Origin: an uncultured Gemmatimonadota bacterium
GTDB taxonomy: Bacteria; Blakebacterota; Blakebacteria; Blakebacterales; Blakebacteraceae
Assembly (NCBI GenBank): GCA_964576115.1
Contig: CAZNUA010000014.1
Location: 1 to 64,000 of the forward strand
Length of the DNA: 64,000 bases
Direction of reading: 5' to 3'
Both the position numbers and the translations under genes were made by a program. Below the pieces are notes generated by a model that did not search any database, was not told the origin of the DNA, and saw nothing but the letters and a program-made list of their open reading frames with translations. Every line of letters begins with the position of its first letter. The stretch's first letter is position 1. Of this stretch, positions 39,591-49,873 are shown one piece after another.

Positions 39591-41081
39591 TCAGCAGGTC
39601 AGAACAATGAGCAGGGTCAGGTCATCACTCGCCGGGGCATTACCGCGGAAGTCCTTCACGTCACCCAGCAGACCGTCACGGATCTCGGAGGCCGACGCCC
39701 CCTGCGCGGTGTCCTCCAGGAAGGCGTAGAGCCGGTCGCGTCCGTACATCTCGCCGAACCGGTTCTCGGCTTCATCGAGCCCGTCCGAATACATGACCAG
39801 CACTTCGCCCAGCTGCAGGATCTCGGTCCCGACCTCGTACGGCACCCCGGTTTTCATACCCGCGACCAGGCCGCCGACGGTAAGCTCGTGCAGACGATCA
39901 CCCCCGGAACCGATCCGCCGGATGACAGGCGGCGAGTGCCCGCAGTTGACGTATTCGAGCTTCCGGGTGCCGGGGTCGAAAACGGCCCAGAAGAGCGTGA
40001 CGAAGTTATCGGAGGCGGTCTGCCGGACCAGCAGATCGTTGACCCGGGAGACCTGGGCGGCCAGCCCGACTCCGTTACCGTCGGCAACGGTGCGGACCGC
40101 ACCGTGCAGCAGGGACATGATCAGCGCCGCCGAGATCCCCTTGCCGGAGACATCGCCGAGGATCATGACGACCCGACCGTCCTCGAGCGTGAAAACATCG
40201 TAATAGTCACCGGCCACACCGTAGGCCGGAGTGAAGGCGTCGGCGATCTCCAGACCGGGGATCGATGCCAGCCGAACCGGCAGGAGTCGCTGCTGCACCC
40301 CCTCGGCCAGGGCGACCTGCTGGGCCAGTTCCTGCCCGCGCAGGTAGGCCCGCAGGCGCAGGGCGGCGATCACCATAGCCAGCAGCAGGGCGGCCGCGGC
40401 AGTGATTCCGATAATGAGATTCCGTCGCAGGGGAAGATAGGAATCGGCGGCCTCACTGAGCGAGAGGAAGACTTCACCAACAGGGGTGCGCGGGGCTGCA
40501 CCCTGGCCCGGCTGGAACCGTGCAGGTATCCGGTCGAAACGCCTGAAGGAATCGGGACTGGCCTCTTCGGTCCGGTCCGGAGCAACTCGGAGTCCCGAAC
40601 CCGGCATGTCTCCCGGCCCCGGGCGCTGAGCGCGCAGGAAACCGGGTCGAAAGCGGAAGGGGACCAAAACCCGGACGTGACTGCGTCCCCGCCACTGCAG
40701 CCGGTTGACCACATACGGATCGGTCGGACCGATGAGGGCCTGGACATCCTCACCTTCGAGCGACGGCAGATCGGGGCCGCCGGCGGTGACCACCAGGCTG
40801 TCCTGCTCGGAGATGATCCGGATGCCGGCGATCTCAGGTTGATGTGCGGTCAGGAAGGAATCGAGCAGGGCCTGGAAGGCGGTCAGGTCGTCCGGCTGAT
40901 TCTCGCGCAGATCGATCTGCAGTTCAGCCAGATGCACGGTTGCGATCCGCCCGAAATGATCCATAAGCAGCTCACCGGTGACATACCGGTAGGTGATCAC
41001 CGTCCGCGTCAGGAGCAACAGACCGAGCAGAAAGCCCACCAGCAGAGCTGCCTTGAATATGGATTCGCGATGACGCTGCAT
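39591..41081 (-). CDS. Membrane-bound PP2C/SpoIIE (RsbU-like) Ser/Thr phosphatase
   Basis: Two TM helices; VAGDYYD, GDVSGKG, NCGH, YSDGL, DDLT. Confidence 0.92.
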   Translation of the reverse strand: MQRHRESIFKAALLVGFLLGLLLLTRTVITYRYVTGELLMDHFGRIATVHLAELQIDLRENQPDDLTAFQALLDSFLTAHQPEIAGIRIISEQDSLVVTAGGPDLPSLEGEDVQALIGPTDPYVVNRLQWRGRSHVRVLVPFRFRPGFLRAQRPGPGDMPGSGLRVAPDRTEEASPDSFRRFDRIPARFQPGQGAAPRTPVGEVFLSLSEAADSYLPLRRNLIIGITAAAALLLAMVIAALRLRAYLRGQELAQQVALAEGVQQRLLPVRLASIPGLEIADAFTPAYGVAGDYYDVFTLEDGRVVMILGDVSGKGISAALIMSLLHGAVRTVADGNGVGLAAQVSRVNDLLVRQTASDNFVTLFWAVFDPGTRKLEYVNCGHSPPVIRRIGSGGDRLHELTVGGLVAGMKTGVPYEVGTEILQLGEVLVMYSDGLDEAENRFGEMYGRDRLYAFLEDTAQGASASEIRDGLLGDVKDFRGNAPASDDLTLLIVLTC

Positions 41082-41256
41082 GACCGTCCTTTCGGGTTTC
41101 TTACTTCTTAGACACCGGTTCGGGAGATCGACGTGTGGTGACGGGAGTCAGCCGGGTCCGGTGCGGGAGTCCGGCGGAATGCGGTCTGTTCCTTATCTCA
41201 GGCGCGGCGGCGGCTCAGCCGGGCGGGTTCGAGATGGAAGAGAAACCCGGTCCGAT

Positions 41257-42534
41257 TCAGTCAGCCGGAAGTTTTGAACCGGTCTTGTTCTGCAGTCCGG
41301 GATAGAGCTTGCGGGCGCATTCGGGGCAGATCGAGTGGCTGAATTCCACCTGCGAGCGTTCCTGGATGTAGATATCCATCCGCTCCCACTCGCCGGTGTC
41401 GTTGCGGATCCGATGACAGTTGCTGCAGACCGGAAGCAGTCCCTCGAGCATCTGGACCTGTTTGACCGTTTCCTGCAGTTCTCCGATGAGTTTCTCGCGT
41501 TCGGATTCAGCCCGCCGGCGGGCGGTGATGTCGCGCAGTACGATTAGATGCCCACCCATCTGTCCCCCGCCAGTCTCGAACGGCGAGACATCCGCCTCGA
41601 TCACTCTCGTATTTTCACCGGTCTCTATCTCGATCTCCACGGGCCGGCCGACCGTGTCGGGCAGGGTGGAGATCCGCTCGGCCAGAAGGCTGACAGCCGC
41701 ATGCCACTTTCCTCCGAGCGGGATCCGGCCGATCCGACCCAGCAGGTCCGGCGCGGCCGGATTGGCATCCACGATCCGCCCTTCGACGTCGACCACGATC
41801 ATGCCCTCGCGCATGCTTTCGATCAGGGCGGTCCGGGCCACGGGACGCAGCGAGAGCAGGCCGAACCGGAAAATGGCCAGGCCGAGCAGCAGACCGGTCA
41901 GGGTAAAGACGGCCGGGGTCCAGTCCATACCGGGAATGGGATTGGCCTCGGAGAGATAGAGGGTGTTGCCGATCCAGGGGCAGAGAGTGGCGGCCAGCAG
42001 CATGAAGGACTGCGCCTGAAAGATCCGGCGGTTCTGAAAGGCCGAACGCAGCAACAGCACGGTCCCGGCCAGGACCGTGATGTAGGCCCCGCTTACCCAG
42101 ACAGGGAAGAAGGGACCGCGGTCGTAGCTGAGCAGGCCGGTCACCGGGTGCAGATCGAGCCCCTGCCAGTGCAGCCCGAGCCAGGTGTTGGTCCAGACCG
42201 CCAGAAAGGTCGCCAGCGAGACGGTCCAGGCGAAGAACTGCAGATACCGGGCAAACCGCGTGCGCCAGCCGGTGTAGGCGATCGTGAAGGCGAGGAAGAG
42301 CGGGGGCGTGGTGGCGATCCCGAAGTACTCCAGCTTCATCCAGAATTCTTTGCCTTCGACCGTGACGGCGGCCACTTCGAAGGCGCTCATCAGCGCGTAT
42401 ATCGAGACTGCGATCATGAGCAGAGAGAGCTGGCCGGCACCGCTCACACCGCGGATCCGACCCGCTATGACCGCCACGCTCACCGCGATCGCAGCCGTGA
42501 TCAGGTAGGCGAATGGGATGACACCGAAGAGCAT
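41257..42534 (-). CDS. 7TM (HisKA_7TM-like) + PAS sensor with C-terminal Cys-rich domain, no kinase domain
   Basis: Seven hydrophobic segments; PAS (EGMIVVD..DANPAA..RDIT); tail LPVCSNCHRIR..SHSICPEC. Confidence 0.82.
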   Translation of the reverse strand: MLFGVIPFAYLITAAIAVSVAVIAGRIRGVSGAGQLSLLMIAVSIYALMSAFEVAAVTVEGKEFWMKLEYFGIATTPPLFLAFTIAYTGWRTRFARYLQFFAWTVSLATFLAVWTNTWLGLHWQGLDLHPVTGLLSYDRGPFFPVWVSGAYITVLAGTVLLLRSAFQNRRIFQAQSFMLLAATLCPWIGNTLYLSEANPIPGMDWTPAVFTLTGLLLGLAIFRFGLLSLRPVARTALIESMREGMIVVDVEGRIVDANPAAPDLLGRIGRIPLGGKWHAAVSLLAERISTLPDTVGRPVEIEIETGENTRVIEADVSPFETGGGQMGGHLIVLRDITARRRAESEREKLIGELQETVKQVQMLEGLLPVCSNCHRIRNDTGEWERMDIYIQERSQVEFSHSICPECARKLYPGLQNKTGSKLPAD

Positions 42535-42836
42535 CGGGATTTTCTCCGCTCGGGGGTATCACAGAAAACCGTTCAGGAGCCTGTCGGAGTAATCCACCGG
42601 CTGCGGTCTGCGCTGGCGCCGGTTACTCCGACAGGCTCCTGGAGACGGGAAACAGCTATAGTAGACATCGCGGTTACAGATGGCAAGCGGGTGACCGGGC
42701 CCGATCCGGGAATGCACCGCTCTGACTCCTGGCGGCGGCGGGATCGACACGGTATTGTATCCGCGCGGGCCGTATAACGGTCCTCGAACCATCAAGCCGC
42801 AGACCGGTTTTCACATCCATCCGCAAGGAGCCTCCC

Positions 42837-43940
42837 ATGGTCCGTGCCGCCGTCATGCCAGCCCCCGGAGAAACGATCGAGATCCGGGAGTACCCCGATC
42901 CCGTCCTGCAGCCGGGTCAGGTCCTGCTCGAAACCCTGGCCAGCGAGATCTGCGGTACCGACGTGCATCTCTGGCACGGTCGGCTCGAGGGGGTCCCCTA
43001 CCCCCTCATCCCGGGCCATGTCTCGGTCGGCCGGGTACTCGAAACCGCCGGGGCGGTGACGGACATCGACGGTGCCGTCATCGAACCGGGGCGGATCGTG
43101 ACCTTCCTCGACGTGCATGAAACCTGTCACGACTGCTGGTACTGCCTGGTGGCCCGCGAAGCCACCCGCTGTCCCGAACGTCAGGTCTACGGTATCACCT
43201 ACGGCGCCGACGAGGGACTTTTCGGCGGCTGGTCGGAGCGGCTGGTCATGCAGGCGGGCGTGAAGATCATTCCCCTGCCCGAGGGAGTGGAAACGATCGA
43301 CTACATGGGGGCGGGGTGCGGTCTCTCGACCGCCTTCCACGCCGTGGAGCGGGCCGGGGTGAAGCTGGGCGATACGGTCGTGGTACAGGGAGCCGGCCCG
43401 GTCGGACTCTCCTGCGCCGTTTTCGCCCGGCTCAGCGGCGCCGACGACGTCATTGTCATCGGCGGCCCCGAACAGCGCCTGGAGTTCGCCCGCCGCTTCG
43501 AGGCCGACTACACCCTCGATATCGGGTCGACCGACCGCGGTGACCGGATCGACCTGGTGCGCTCTGTGACCGGCGGTCGGGGTGCGGATGTCGTAATCGA
43601 GGCCAGCGGCAACGTAGCGGCCGTCCCCGAGGGATTCGACCTGGCCCGCGACGGGGGCACCTATGTGATCGTGGGGCAGTATACCGACGCCGGCGAAGCG
43701 AGTCTCAATCCGCACACTCAGATCAACCGCAAGCACCTCGATATCAGGGGCTGCTGGGGGACCGCCTTCACTCATGTCTACCGGGGTCTGCAGTTGCTGG
43801 CCCGCTACGGCCGGCGTTTTCCCTGGCGCGAGATGGTCACGCACACCTTCAGCCTCGACGATGTCCAGGAGGGGCTCGAGCTGGTCGAGAACTACGGCGC
43901 CGTCAAGGCACTGGTGGTGCCGGGTGAGTGGCGACCCTGA
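42837..43940 (+). CDS. Zn-dependent alcohol dehydrogenase (MDR)
   Basis: ICGTD, PGH, CxxCxxC-x7-C structural zinc site, QGAGPVG. Confidence 0.9.
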   Translation: MVRAAVMPAPGETIEIREYPDPVLQPGQVLLETLASEICGTDVHLWHGRLEGVPYPLIPGHVSVGRVLETAGAVTDIDGAVIEPGRIVTFLDVHETCHDCWYCLVAREATRCPERQVYGITYGADEGLFGGWSERLVMQAGVKIIPLPEGVETIDYMGAGCGLSTAFHAVERAGVKLGDTVVVQGAGPVGLSCAVFARLSGADDVIVIGGPEQRLEFARRFEADYTLDIGSTDRGDRIDLVRSVTGGRGADVVIEASGNVAAVPEGFDLARDGGTYVIVGQYTDAGEASLNPHTQINRKHLDIRGCWGTAFTHVYRGLQLLARYGRRFPWREMVTHTFSLDDVQEGLELVENYGAVKALVVPGEWRP

Positions 43941-44927
43941 TCAGCTCACCGCGCGCCGGGTGGGGATGATCTGCGTCACGCCCTCGGCGAACGGGATCTG
44001 CGGTTCCCAGTCGAGGCGGCGGCGGGTGCGTTCGTTGCGGTATCGTTTGACCGTTCCGATCCCCAAGACAGCATAGAGGGTGAGTTTCGGCGTCCTGCCG
44101 GTCAGACGCGCCCATCCCTGCGAAAGTACGGCCGCCGCCAGCGCGACCGGGAGCGGAAGGTGGACGATGCGGGCTTTCCGGCCCAGGGCGCCGAATCCGA
44201 TCCGGACCGCTTCTATAACACTCGGACATTCCGGGTCGGAGATCAGAAACCGTTCCCCCGGTTCGGTCTCGACGGTGAGCAGGGCCAATAGAGCCCGGGC
44301 CGCATCCTCGACATGAATCAGGTTGGTCGGCTGCAGCCCATCGCCGACGACATAAAACCGCCCGGCCCGGGCCTGGTCGAGCAGCCGTCCGACGATATGG
44401 GGATCGCCGGGTCCGTAGACGGCCGAGATCCGGGCCAGCACGGCGGGCAGACCCCGGGTTGCGGCTTCGTCGACAAGGAGTTCCGCGGCGGCTTTGGTCC
44501 CCGGGTAGGGATGCCGGACCGGTCGGGGCGGCGCGGTCTCGTCGTATTCGCCCGGGCCGCTGTGGGCCGCGACCGAACTGACGTGCACAAACCGCTGCAG
44601 GCGCGGATTCTCCCGGTCCAGCGCCCGGAGAGCAGCCGTAATCACCCGGCGGGTGCCTTCGACGTTGACGCGTTCGTACTCGGCTCGCCGGAGCAGATCC
44701 CCGACCGCGGCGGCGGCGTGGATGACGGCGGCACATTCTCCCAGTTCGTCCATCCAGGGACCGTCGGCAGTGATATCACCCTCGACGACCCGCCCCCCCC
44801 AGGCCCGAACACGCAGGGCGGCCTGCTTCGAGCGGGCCAGACCGTATACCTCATGTCCGGCTTCGATCAGCCGCCGACCGGTCACCCCGCCGATGAATCC
44901 GCTGCCACCTGTCAGAAAGACTCTCAT
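43941..44927 (-). CDS. NAD-dependent epimerase/dehydratase (extended SDR, 3-beta-HSD-like)
   Basis: TGGSGFIG, HAAA, NVEGT, YPGTK (YxxxK), VYGPGD. Confidence 0.88.
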   Translation of the reverse strand: MRVFLTGGSGFIGGVTGRRLIEAGHEVYGLARSKQAALRVRAWGGRVVEGDITADGPWMDELGECAAVIHAAAAVGDLLRRAEYERVNVEGTRRVITAALRALDRENPRLQRFVHVSSVAAHSGPGEYDETAPPRPVRHPYPGTKAAAELLVDEAATRGLPAVLARISAVYGPGDPHIVGRLLDQARAGRFYVVGDGLQPTNLIHVEDAARALLALLTVETEPGERFLISDPECPSVIEAVRIGFGALGRKARIVHLPLPVALAAAVLSQGWARLTGRTPKLTLYAVLGIGTVKRYRNERTRRRLDWEPQIPFAEGVTQIIPTRRAVS

Positions 44928-44992
44928 GATTCCCGTCCCCGATACCTGCTTGTGGTAAACCGCCGGCCGACATCCGGCGTCCTATCCATACC

Positions 44993-45874
44993 ATGTCCAG
45001 ATACGGTCCGGCACTCCTGTTCTGTCTCGAACTTCTCGTGCCGTGCGCCCCGGTCCACGCTCAGATGACCAGTTCTCGGAGCGTGGCGGTCCTGCCCCTG
45101 GTCGCCTCATCATCCGACAGCGCACTCGCAGCGGTCCTCGACCAGCGCCTGATCGAGACCATCACCCCCGCTTTACAGCGGCGCGGCCTGCAGCTCGAGC
45201 TCGTCGGACAGGATCGCACTCCCCGCCAGATCGCCCGCCTGATCACCCAGCCGATGGATCTGCAGAAATTCACCCGCAGTCACGAGGCGGCCTTTCTGAT
45301 CGGCGGGGGCCTCCACCGTCTGCCCGAGGGCGATCTACTGGCCACCCTGATCCTTTTCTGCCTCGACGAGCGCAAGATCATCGCCAGCGAGTGGCAGACC
45401 TTCAGCACGACCGAGGAAGCGGTCGCCGGAATACGCGAGATGGCCGACCAGATCGCCCGGCCGCGGACTCTCACCCCGACCGACACCCCCATCTTCTACT
45501 CCATGGTGGTCCCGGGGATGGGGCAGCTCATGGTCGAGCAGCCGGTTCACGCCATCGCCTGTGCCGGGCTCTTTACCGCCGCCTGGTTCTCGCACCGCGA
45601 GATCGATACCCGGGTGCATCCCGCGTATCTGGCACGGCAAAAGAAGGAGCTCAAGCGCAAGCGCATTTTCCTGATCGTCACCACCTGGTTATTCAATGTC
45701 GCCGACACCATGGCTCTCTGCCGGTGGCGCTCGCAGCAGGTCGATACGACCGTTTTCTTCTCGATTATGGAATCGCTGCGCCCGGATGTATCGATGGGTC
45801 TGCCGTCCGGTTTCTCGATGAACGTCCGGCGTTCTTCCACACCCGGCCTGGCGGTGCGGATCGTCTTCCGCTGA
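44993..45874 (+). CDS. Hypothetical exported/membrane protein
   Basis: Signal-like N-terminus, SVAVLPL, SMVVPGMGQ followed by hydrophobic segments. Confidence 0.6.
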   Translation: MSRYGPALLFCLELLVPCAPVHAQMTSSRSVAVLPLVASSSDSALAAVLDQRLIETITPALQRRGLQLELVGQDRTPRQIARLITQPMDLQKFTRSHEAAFLIGGGLHRLPEGDLLATLILFCLDERKIIASEWQTFSTTEEAVAGIREMADQIARPRTLTPTDTPIFYSMVVPGMGQLMVEQPVHAIACAGLFTAAWFSHREIDTRVHPAYLARQKKELKRKRIFLIVTTWLFNVADTMALCRWRSQQVDTTVFFSIMESLRPDVSMGLPSGFSMNVRRSSTPGLAVRIVFR

Positions 45875-45986
45875 CAGCACCGTCCTTCGACTCCATCCCG
45901 CCTGAATCTCCTTTTCGCTTCAACTCCCCCGCTGCCCTTCCCTATCTTGAGACAGCCCCATCCGCCGCCCTATCCGGAGGTACCAG

Positions 45987-47426
45987 ATGCCTGTTTCGGT
46001 GCCCGTCAATCCATACGTCCTCGACATGGAATACGCCGTCCGGGGCCCCATCCCCCAGCGCGCCGCCGTACTGCAGCGCGAAGGCCGGACGACGATCCCC
46101 TGCAATATCGGCAATCCCCAGGCCCTGGGGCAGAAGCCGCTGACATTCCTGCGGCAGGTCCTGGCTCTGATGGAGGAACCGGGCCGTCTGGACCGGGAGA
46201 AAAAGATCAGCCGGCTCTGCGCTTCCTCGCACGAGGTCGCCGAGCAGATGCGCGAAGAGGATATCATCCCCGAATACGTGCTCGACTATGTCGCCGACAT
46301 GTACGAGAACTGGCCCACCGGGATGGGAGCCTACACCGAGAGCAAGGGACCGCTCTTCATCCGCGAGGCGATCGCCCGCTTTATCGATGCGCGTGACGGG
46401 ATTTCGACCGCCTCGGGCGTGCCGGCCGATCCCGAGAGCATCTTCCTGACCTCGGGAGCCAGTGAGGGCGTGCGCTTCATCCTGGAAATGCTCATCACCG
46501 ACTCCAGCGACGGGATCATGATCCCGATTCCGCAGTACCCGCTGTATTCGGCCACCATCGTCAAATGCGGCGGCACCCAGATCAATTATTACCCCGACGA
46601 AGACGACGACTGGAGTCTGGACCGCTCGATGCTCGATGAGGCCCTGGCCGAGGCGAAGAAGAAAAAGGTCAATGTCCGGGCCATCGTGGTCATCAACCCC
46701 GGCAATCCCACCGGCGCGGTGCTCGACGCAAAGAGCGGCCGCGAGGTGGTCTCGTTCGCGCGCGAGAACGGGCTGGCGATCATCGCCGACGAGGTCTATC
46801 AGGAAAACCTCTACGGTGCCGACTGGGTCTCGTTCGCGAAGTTGATCGGCGAGGACGACATCGCCCTGTTCAGTCTGCATTCCATTTCAAAGGGCTTTTA
46901 CGGCGAGTGCGGCCACCGCGGCGGCTACCTCGAAGTGCGCAATCCTCCTGCGGTCGAGAACGCCGAGACCGGATTCATGGATGTGTTACTCAAGCAGGCC
47001 TCGGTGCGTCTGAACTCGAACACCGCCGGACAGGTGCTGACCTATGTCATGGTCAATCCGCCCCCCGAAGGTTCGCCGGTCTACGCCCAGTTCGCAGCCG
47101 AGCGGGAAGCCATTCTGACCGAGCTGTACGAGAAGGCAGTCATGATCCGGGAAGCCTTTGACAAGATGGAGGGAGTGGAATCATTCGGACGCATCGGCGC
47201 TCTCTATCACTTTCCGCGCCTGAACGTGCTGCCGAAGGGGACCGGAGATTACGAATACTGCATGGCCCTGCTCGAGGAGACCGGCATCGTGACCGTCAAC
47301 GGCGCCGGGTTCGGCCAGAAACCGGGGACCAACCACCTGCGGATTGCCTTCCTGCCGCCCAAGGAGATGATCGAGGCCATGCTCCCCGACTGGATCGCCT
47401 TTCACAACACGTACGTGACAGGCTAG
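45987..47426 (+). CDS. Alanine aminotransferase (PLP class I/II, ALT/GPT-like)
   Basis: YAVRG, CNIGNPQ, GAYTESKG, PQYPLYSA, INPGNPTG, ADEVYQEN, SISKG..GECG.RGGY, GFGQKPGT.H.R. Confidence 0.9.
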   Translation: MPVSVPVNPYVLDMEYAVRGPIPQRAAVLQREGRTTIPCNIGNPQALGQKPLTFLRQVLALMEEPGRLDREKKISRLCASSHEVAEQMREEDIIPEYVLDYVADMYENWPTGMGAYTESKGPLFIREAIARFIDARDGISTASGVPADPESIFLTSGASEGVRFILEMLITDSSDGIMIPIPQYPLYSATIVKCGGTQINYYPDEDDDWSLDRSMLDEALAEAKKKKVNVRAIVVINPGNPTGAVLDAKSGREVVSFARENGLAIIADEVYQENLYGADWVSFAKLIGEDDIALFSLHSISKGFYGECGHRGGYLEVRNPPAVENAETGFMDVLLKQASVRLNSNTAGQVLTYVMVNPPPEGSPVYAQFAAEREAILTELYEKAVMIREAFDKMEGVESFGRIGALYHFPRLNVLPKGTGDYEYCMALLEETGIVTVNGAGFGQKPGTNHLRIAFLPPKEMIEAMLPDWIAFHNTYVTG

Positions 47427-47461
47427 CCGGTACCCGACACAGACAGCTTCACCCAGATCGA

Positions 47462-47491
47462 AAAACGGCTCCGTTCTCACGGAGCCGTTTT
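47462..47491 (+). terminator. Intrinsic terminator (potentially bidirectional)
   Basis: AAAACGGCTCCGT-TCTC-ACGGAGCCGTTTT, a perfect 13-bp inverted repeat 35 bp after the aminotransferase stop. Confidence 0.8.
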
Positions 47492-47729
47492 CCGTTCCTG
47501 CTCAGATAAGGTGCGACGCGAACCCGCCCCTCGCGCCGCCGTACTCTCCTCCACTGATTATCGTAGCCGCTCGAACCGAATCTGTCCAGTGCGGCGCGAG
47601 TTGCGCCCATGAACGATCGGACGAAAACCGTCACCTCCGTCCCGGAGCTGGCACAATACGTACCGGCATGATACCGTCGCGATGCCCGTCTTGAGAAGCT
47701 ATCAACGTTATACGGGAGGAACGATCACT

Positions 47730-48965
47730 ATGATCCGACCAGCCGGTCTCACAGATCTCCTGATACTCATCATTCTCTGCTGTTCCTGCACGACCGACCG
47801 GAGCACCGAGCATCGGTTTGCACTACGGACAGAAGACGGAATTTCGACTGCGATCACGACCGGGGGGCCGAAATACAACGAACCGCTCTTCACCTACGAA
47901 GAAGTCCTGATCCTGCAGCAATCCGAGGAGCGGGAGGAGAGTCTGCTCTACGAACCCGCCGTTTTCCTGAGGGATGAAGACGGGTATTTTTATATCCAGG
48001 ATACCGGCAACTACCGGATCGCCGTTTTTTCTCCCGGGGGAGAGTTCAGCCACAGCATCGGACGGGAGGGAGAAGGTCCTGGTGAGTTCCGGTCTCTTCG
48101 ACTCATCTCGGTTGAGAACTCAAACGTCACCGTTCATGACAACTGGCTTCAGCGCACCCTGATCTTCAGCCCCGACGGCCTTTTCCTGCGGGCGGTTTCC
48201 CGCCAGACAACTGCTGGAGGCCGCTATAACATGCTCTATCCCGGTCTGGAAGAGAGCCGGATACTGCTGAGCACCGTATGGGAGGGCGGAGCGAATGAGT
48301 ATCGCCGGGAAGGTATCCGCATCACGATCGAGAACGCCGCTGGTGATACCCTCGCAACGATCGAGAGCCCGCTGGTGCCGATCGGATATCTATTCCGTGA
48401 TCAGAATATTCGCAGTTCGGCCCCCATCCATTTCGGAGCCCGGGCCCGGACCGCCATCCGGCCCGAGAAAGGCATCCTCGTCACGACCGGTTCAGAACCC
48501 GTCCTTTCCTGGTACGATTTCTCCGGAAACCTTCAGCGGAACATCCGGATCGAACTGGAGCCGGAAGCCGTCTCGCCCGAGGAGAGATCCGCGATCATCA
48601 ACGAAATCGAGAAACAGTTCAATGAGGCTCCGAGCGATATCCACCGCACACTGGCCCGACTGCAGCGTGATTATCTGCAGATCCCCGATCGCAAAGCCTT
48701 CTGGTCAAACCTCCTCGTGGATGAAGCCGGATTCATCTGGCTGCAGAAGCCCCAGGATGCACTCGGTCTCCAGGCCGAAGGCGGTGTCCCCTATCGCTTG
48801 ATCAGTCCGGACGGTGAGTACCTGGGAGATACCGCGTACCCCCTTGCCGAGGGCAGGGTTTCCCGCGGACACTTCCTGGGGTACCGCGAGAATCCCGAGA
48901 GCGGTGCTGTCGAAGCAGTGGTCTTTCGCCTTATTCCGGCGGTCCGAAGCCTGCGCTACCCGTAG
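47730..48965 (+). CDS. 6-bladed beta-propeller lipoprotein
   Basis: Lipobox-like CCSC; IGREGEGPGEF; SPDGEYLG; ends LRYP; GGAGG RBS. Confidence 0.8.
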   Translation: MIRPAGLTDLLILIILCCSCTTDRSTEHRFALRTEDGISTAITTGGPKYNEPLFTYEEVLILQQSEEREESLLYEPAVFLRDEDGYFYIQDTGNYRIAVFSPGGEFSHSIGREGEGPGEFRSLRLISVENSNVTVHDNWLQRTLIFSPDGLFLRAVSRQTTAGGRYNMLYPGLEESRILLSTVWEGGANEYRREGIRITIENAAGDTLATIESPLVPIGYLFRDQNIRSSAPIHFGARARTAIRPEKGILVTTGSEPVLSWYDFSGNLQRNIRIELEPEAVSPEERSAIINEIEKQFNEAPSDIHRTLARLQRDYLQIPDRKAFWSNLLVDEAGFIWLQKPQDALGLQAEGGVPYRLISPDGEYLGDTAYPLAEGRVSRGHFLGYRENPESGAVEAVVFRLIPAVRSLRYP

Positions 48966-48982
48966 CCGCTTATGTACTGAGA

Positions 48983-49405
48983 TCATTCTTCTTTAGTCTG
49001 AAATTGAGCCAGGAAGGGCTCGGGCAGGATCACTTCGGTTGTGATCGGCGGAAAATCCTGCGGATTTCTCGTCACCAGGAAATCGGCCTCGACCGCCATG
49101 GCACAGACCGCCTGAACGGCATCTTCGAAATCGTCGCCTCCCATGGCCAGGGCCTGCAGCAGACGCTGCCGGTCCACCGGAACGACCTCCACCAGGTCGA
49201 AGAGATCGAGCAGCGCGAATCGCGCTACCTCCACACCCGCATCCCGGCTGATCAGATAGAAGATGGTAGTGATGGTATGAGCAGCCACGAAGGCCTGCAG
49301 GCGGCCGCGTTCGGCCAGCGCGAGGATACCAGCCGCTGCCTCGGCGAACGGCACCCGGTCAGACAGAAAATCCAGAACGACGTTGGTGTCCAGGAAAACC
49401 CTCAC
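48983..49405 (-). CDS. PIN-domain (VapC-like) toxin
   Basis: VFLDTNVVLD, DFEDAVQ, LVTRNPQDF. Confidence 0.9.
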   Translation of the reverse strand: MRVFLDTNVVLDFLSDRVPFAEAAAGILALAERGRLQAFVAAHTITTIFYLISRDAGVEVARFALLDLFDLVEVVPVDRQRLLQALAMGGDDFEDAVQAVCAMAVEADFLVTRNPQDFPPITTEVILPEPFLAQFQTKEE

Positions 49406-49635
49406 CGGCCGTACTTCCCGGCCAGATACCGCCGGTAGGCTTCGCGGTCGGCATCGGGGCCGATGATACCGCGCAGGCGTTCGACCACGGGAGAATCTGC
49501 TCCGGAGGCCCGGGTCAAGGCGACCAGATATTTCGTAACGATACTGCTGATACTGATGTCATTCTGCTCGCTGTACCGGCGGGCGGCTTCGATGACATCC
49601 TCTTCGATGCTCAGGGTCAGTTTCTTCTTCGCCAT
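49402..49635 (-). CDS. Antitoxin, ribbon-helix-helix (DUF6364-like)
   Basis: KKLTLSIEEDVIEAARRYS..SISSIV; 4-bp overlap with the PIN gene. Confidence 0.82.
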   Translation of the reverse strand: MAKKKLTLSIEEDVIEAARRYSEQNDISISSIVTKYLVALTRASGADSPVVERLRGIIGPDADREAYRRYLAGKYGR

Positions 49636-49647
49636 GTTTTGCATCCT

Positions 49648-49679
49648 TATACGTATTAATTACAAAGAGTATACGTATA
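49648..49679. promoter_or_regulatory. Two ATACGTAT palindromes 22 bp apart, candidate TA operator
   Basis: TATACGTAT at 49648 and TATACGTATA at 49670, in an AT-rich stretch immediately upstream of the antitoxin. Confidence 0.65.
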
Positions 49680-49873
49680 TTTTACCCCGGCCTCAAGCAC
49701 ATTCCTGTATACGACAGCTCTGTTCCCGGATGAGATTGCCTCGGCCTGTATCATCGAACCTGTCATCGGAGAAGGAACAGTCTCACGTCATCGCCTCAAG
49801 CCGGTGCAGGGCCCGCCGGTAGGCCGGTTGCGGTTCCCGGATGAAGCGACCGCCCTCGCCCGGTGACTGGATG

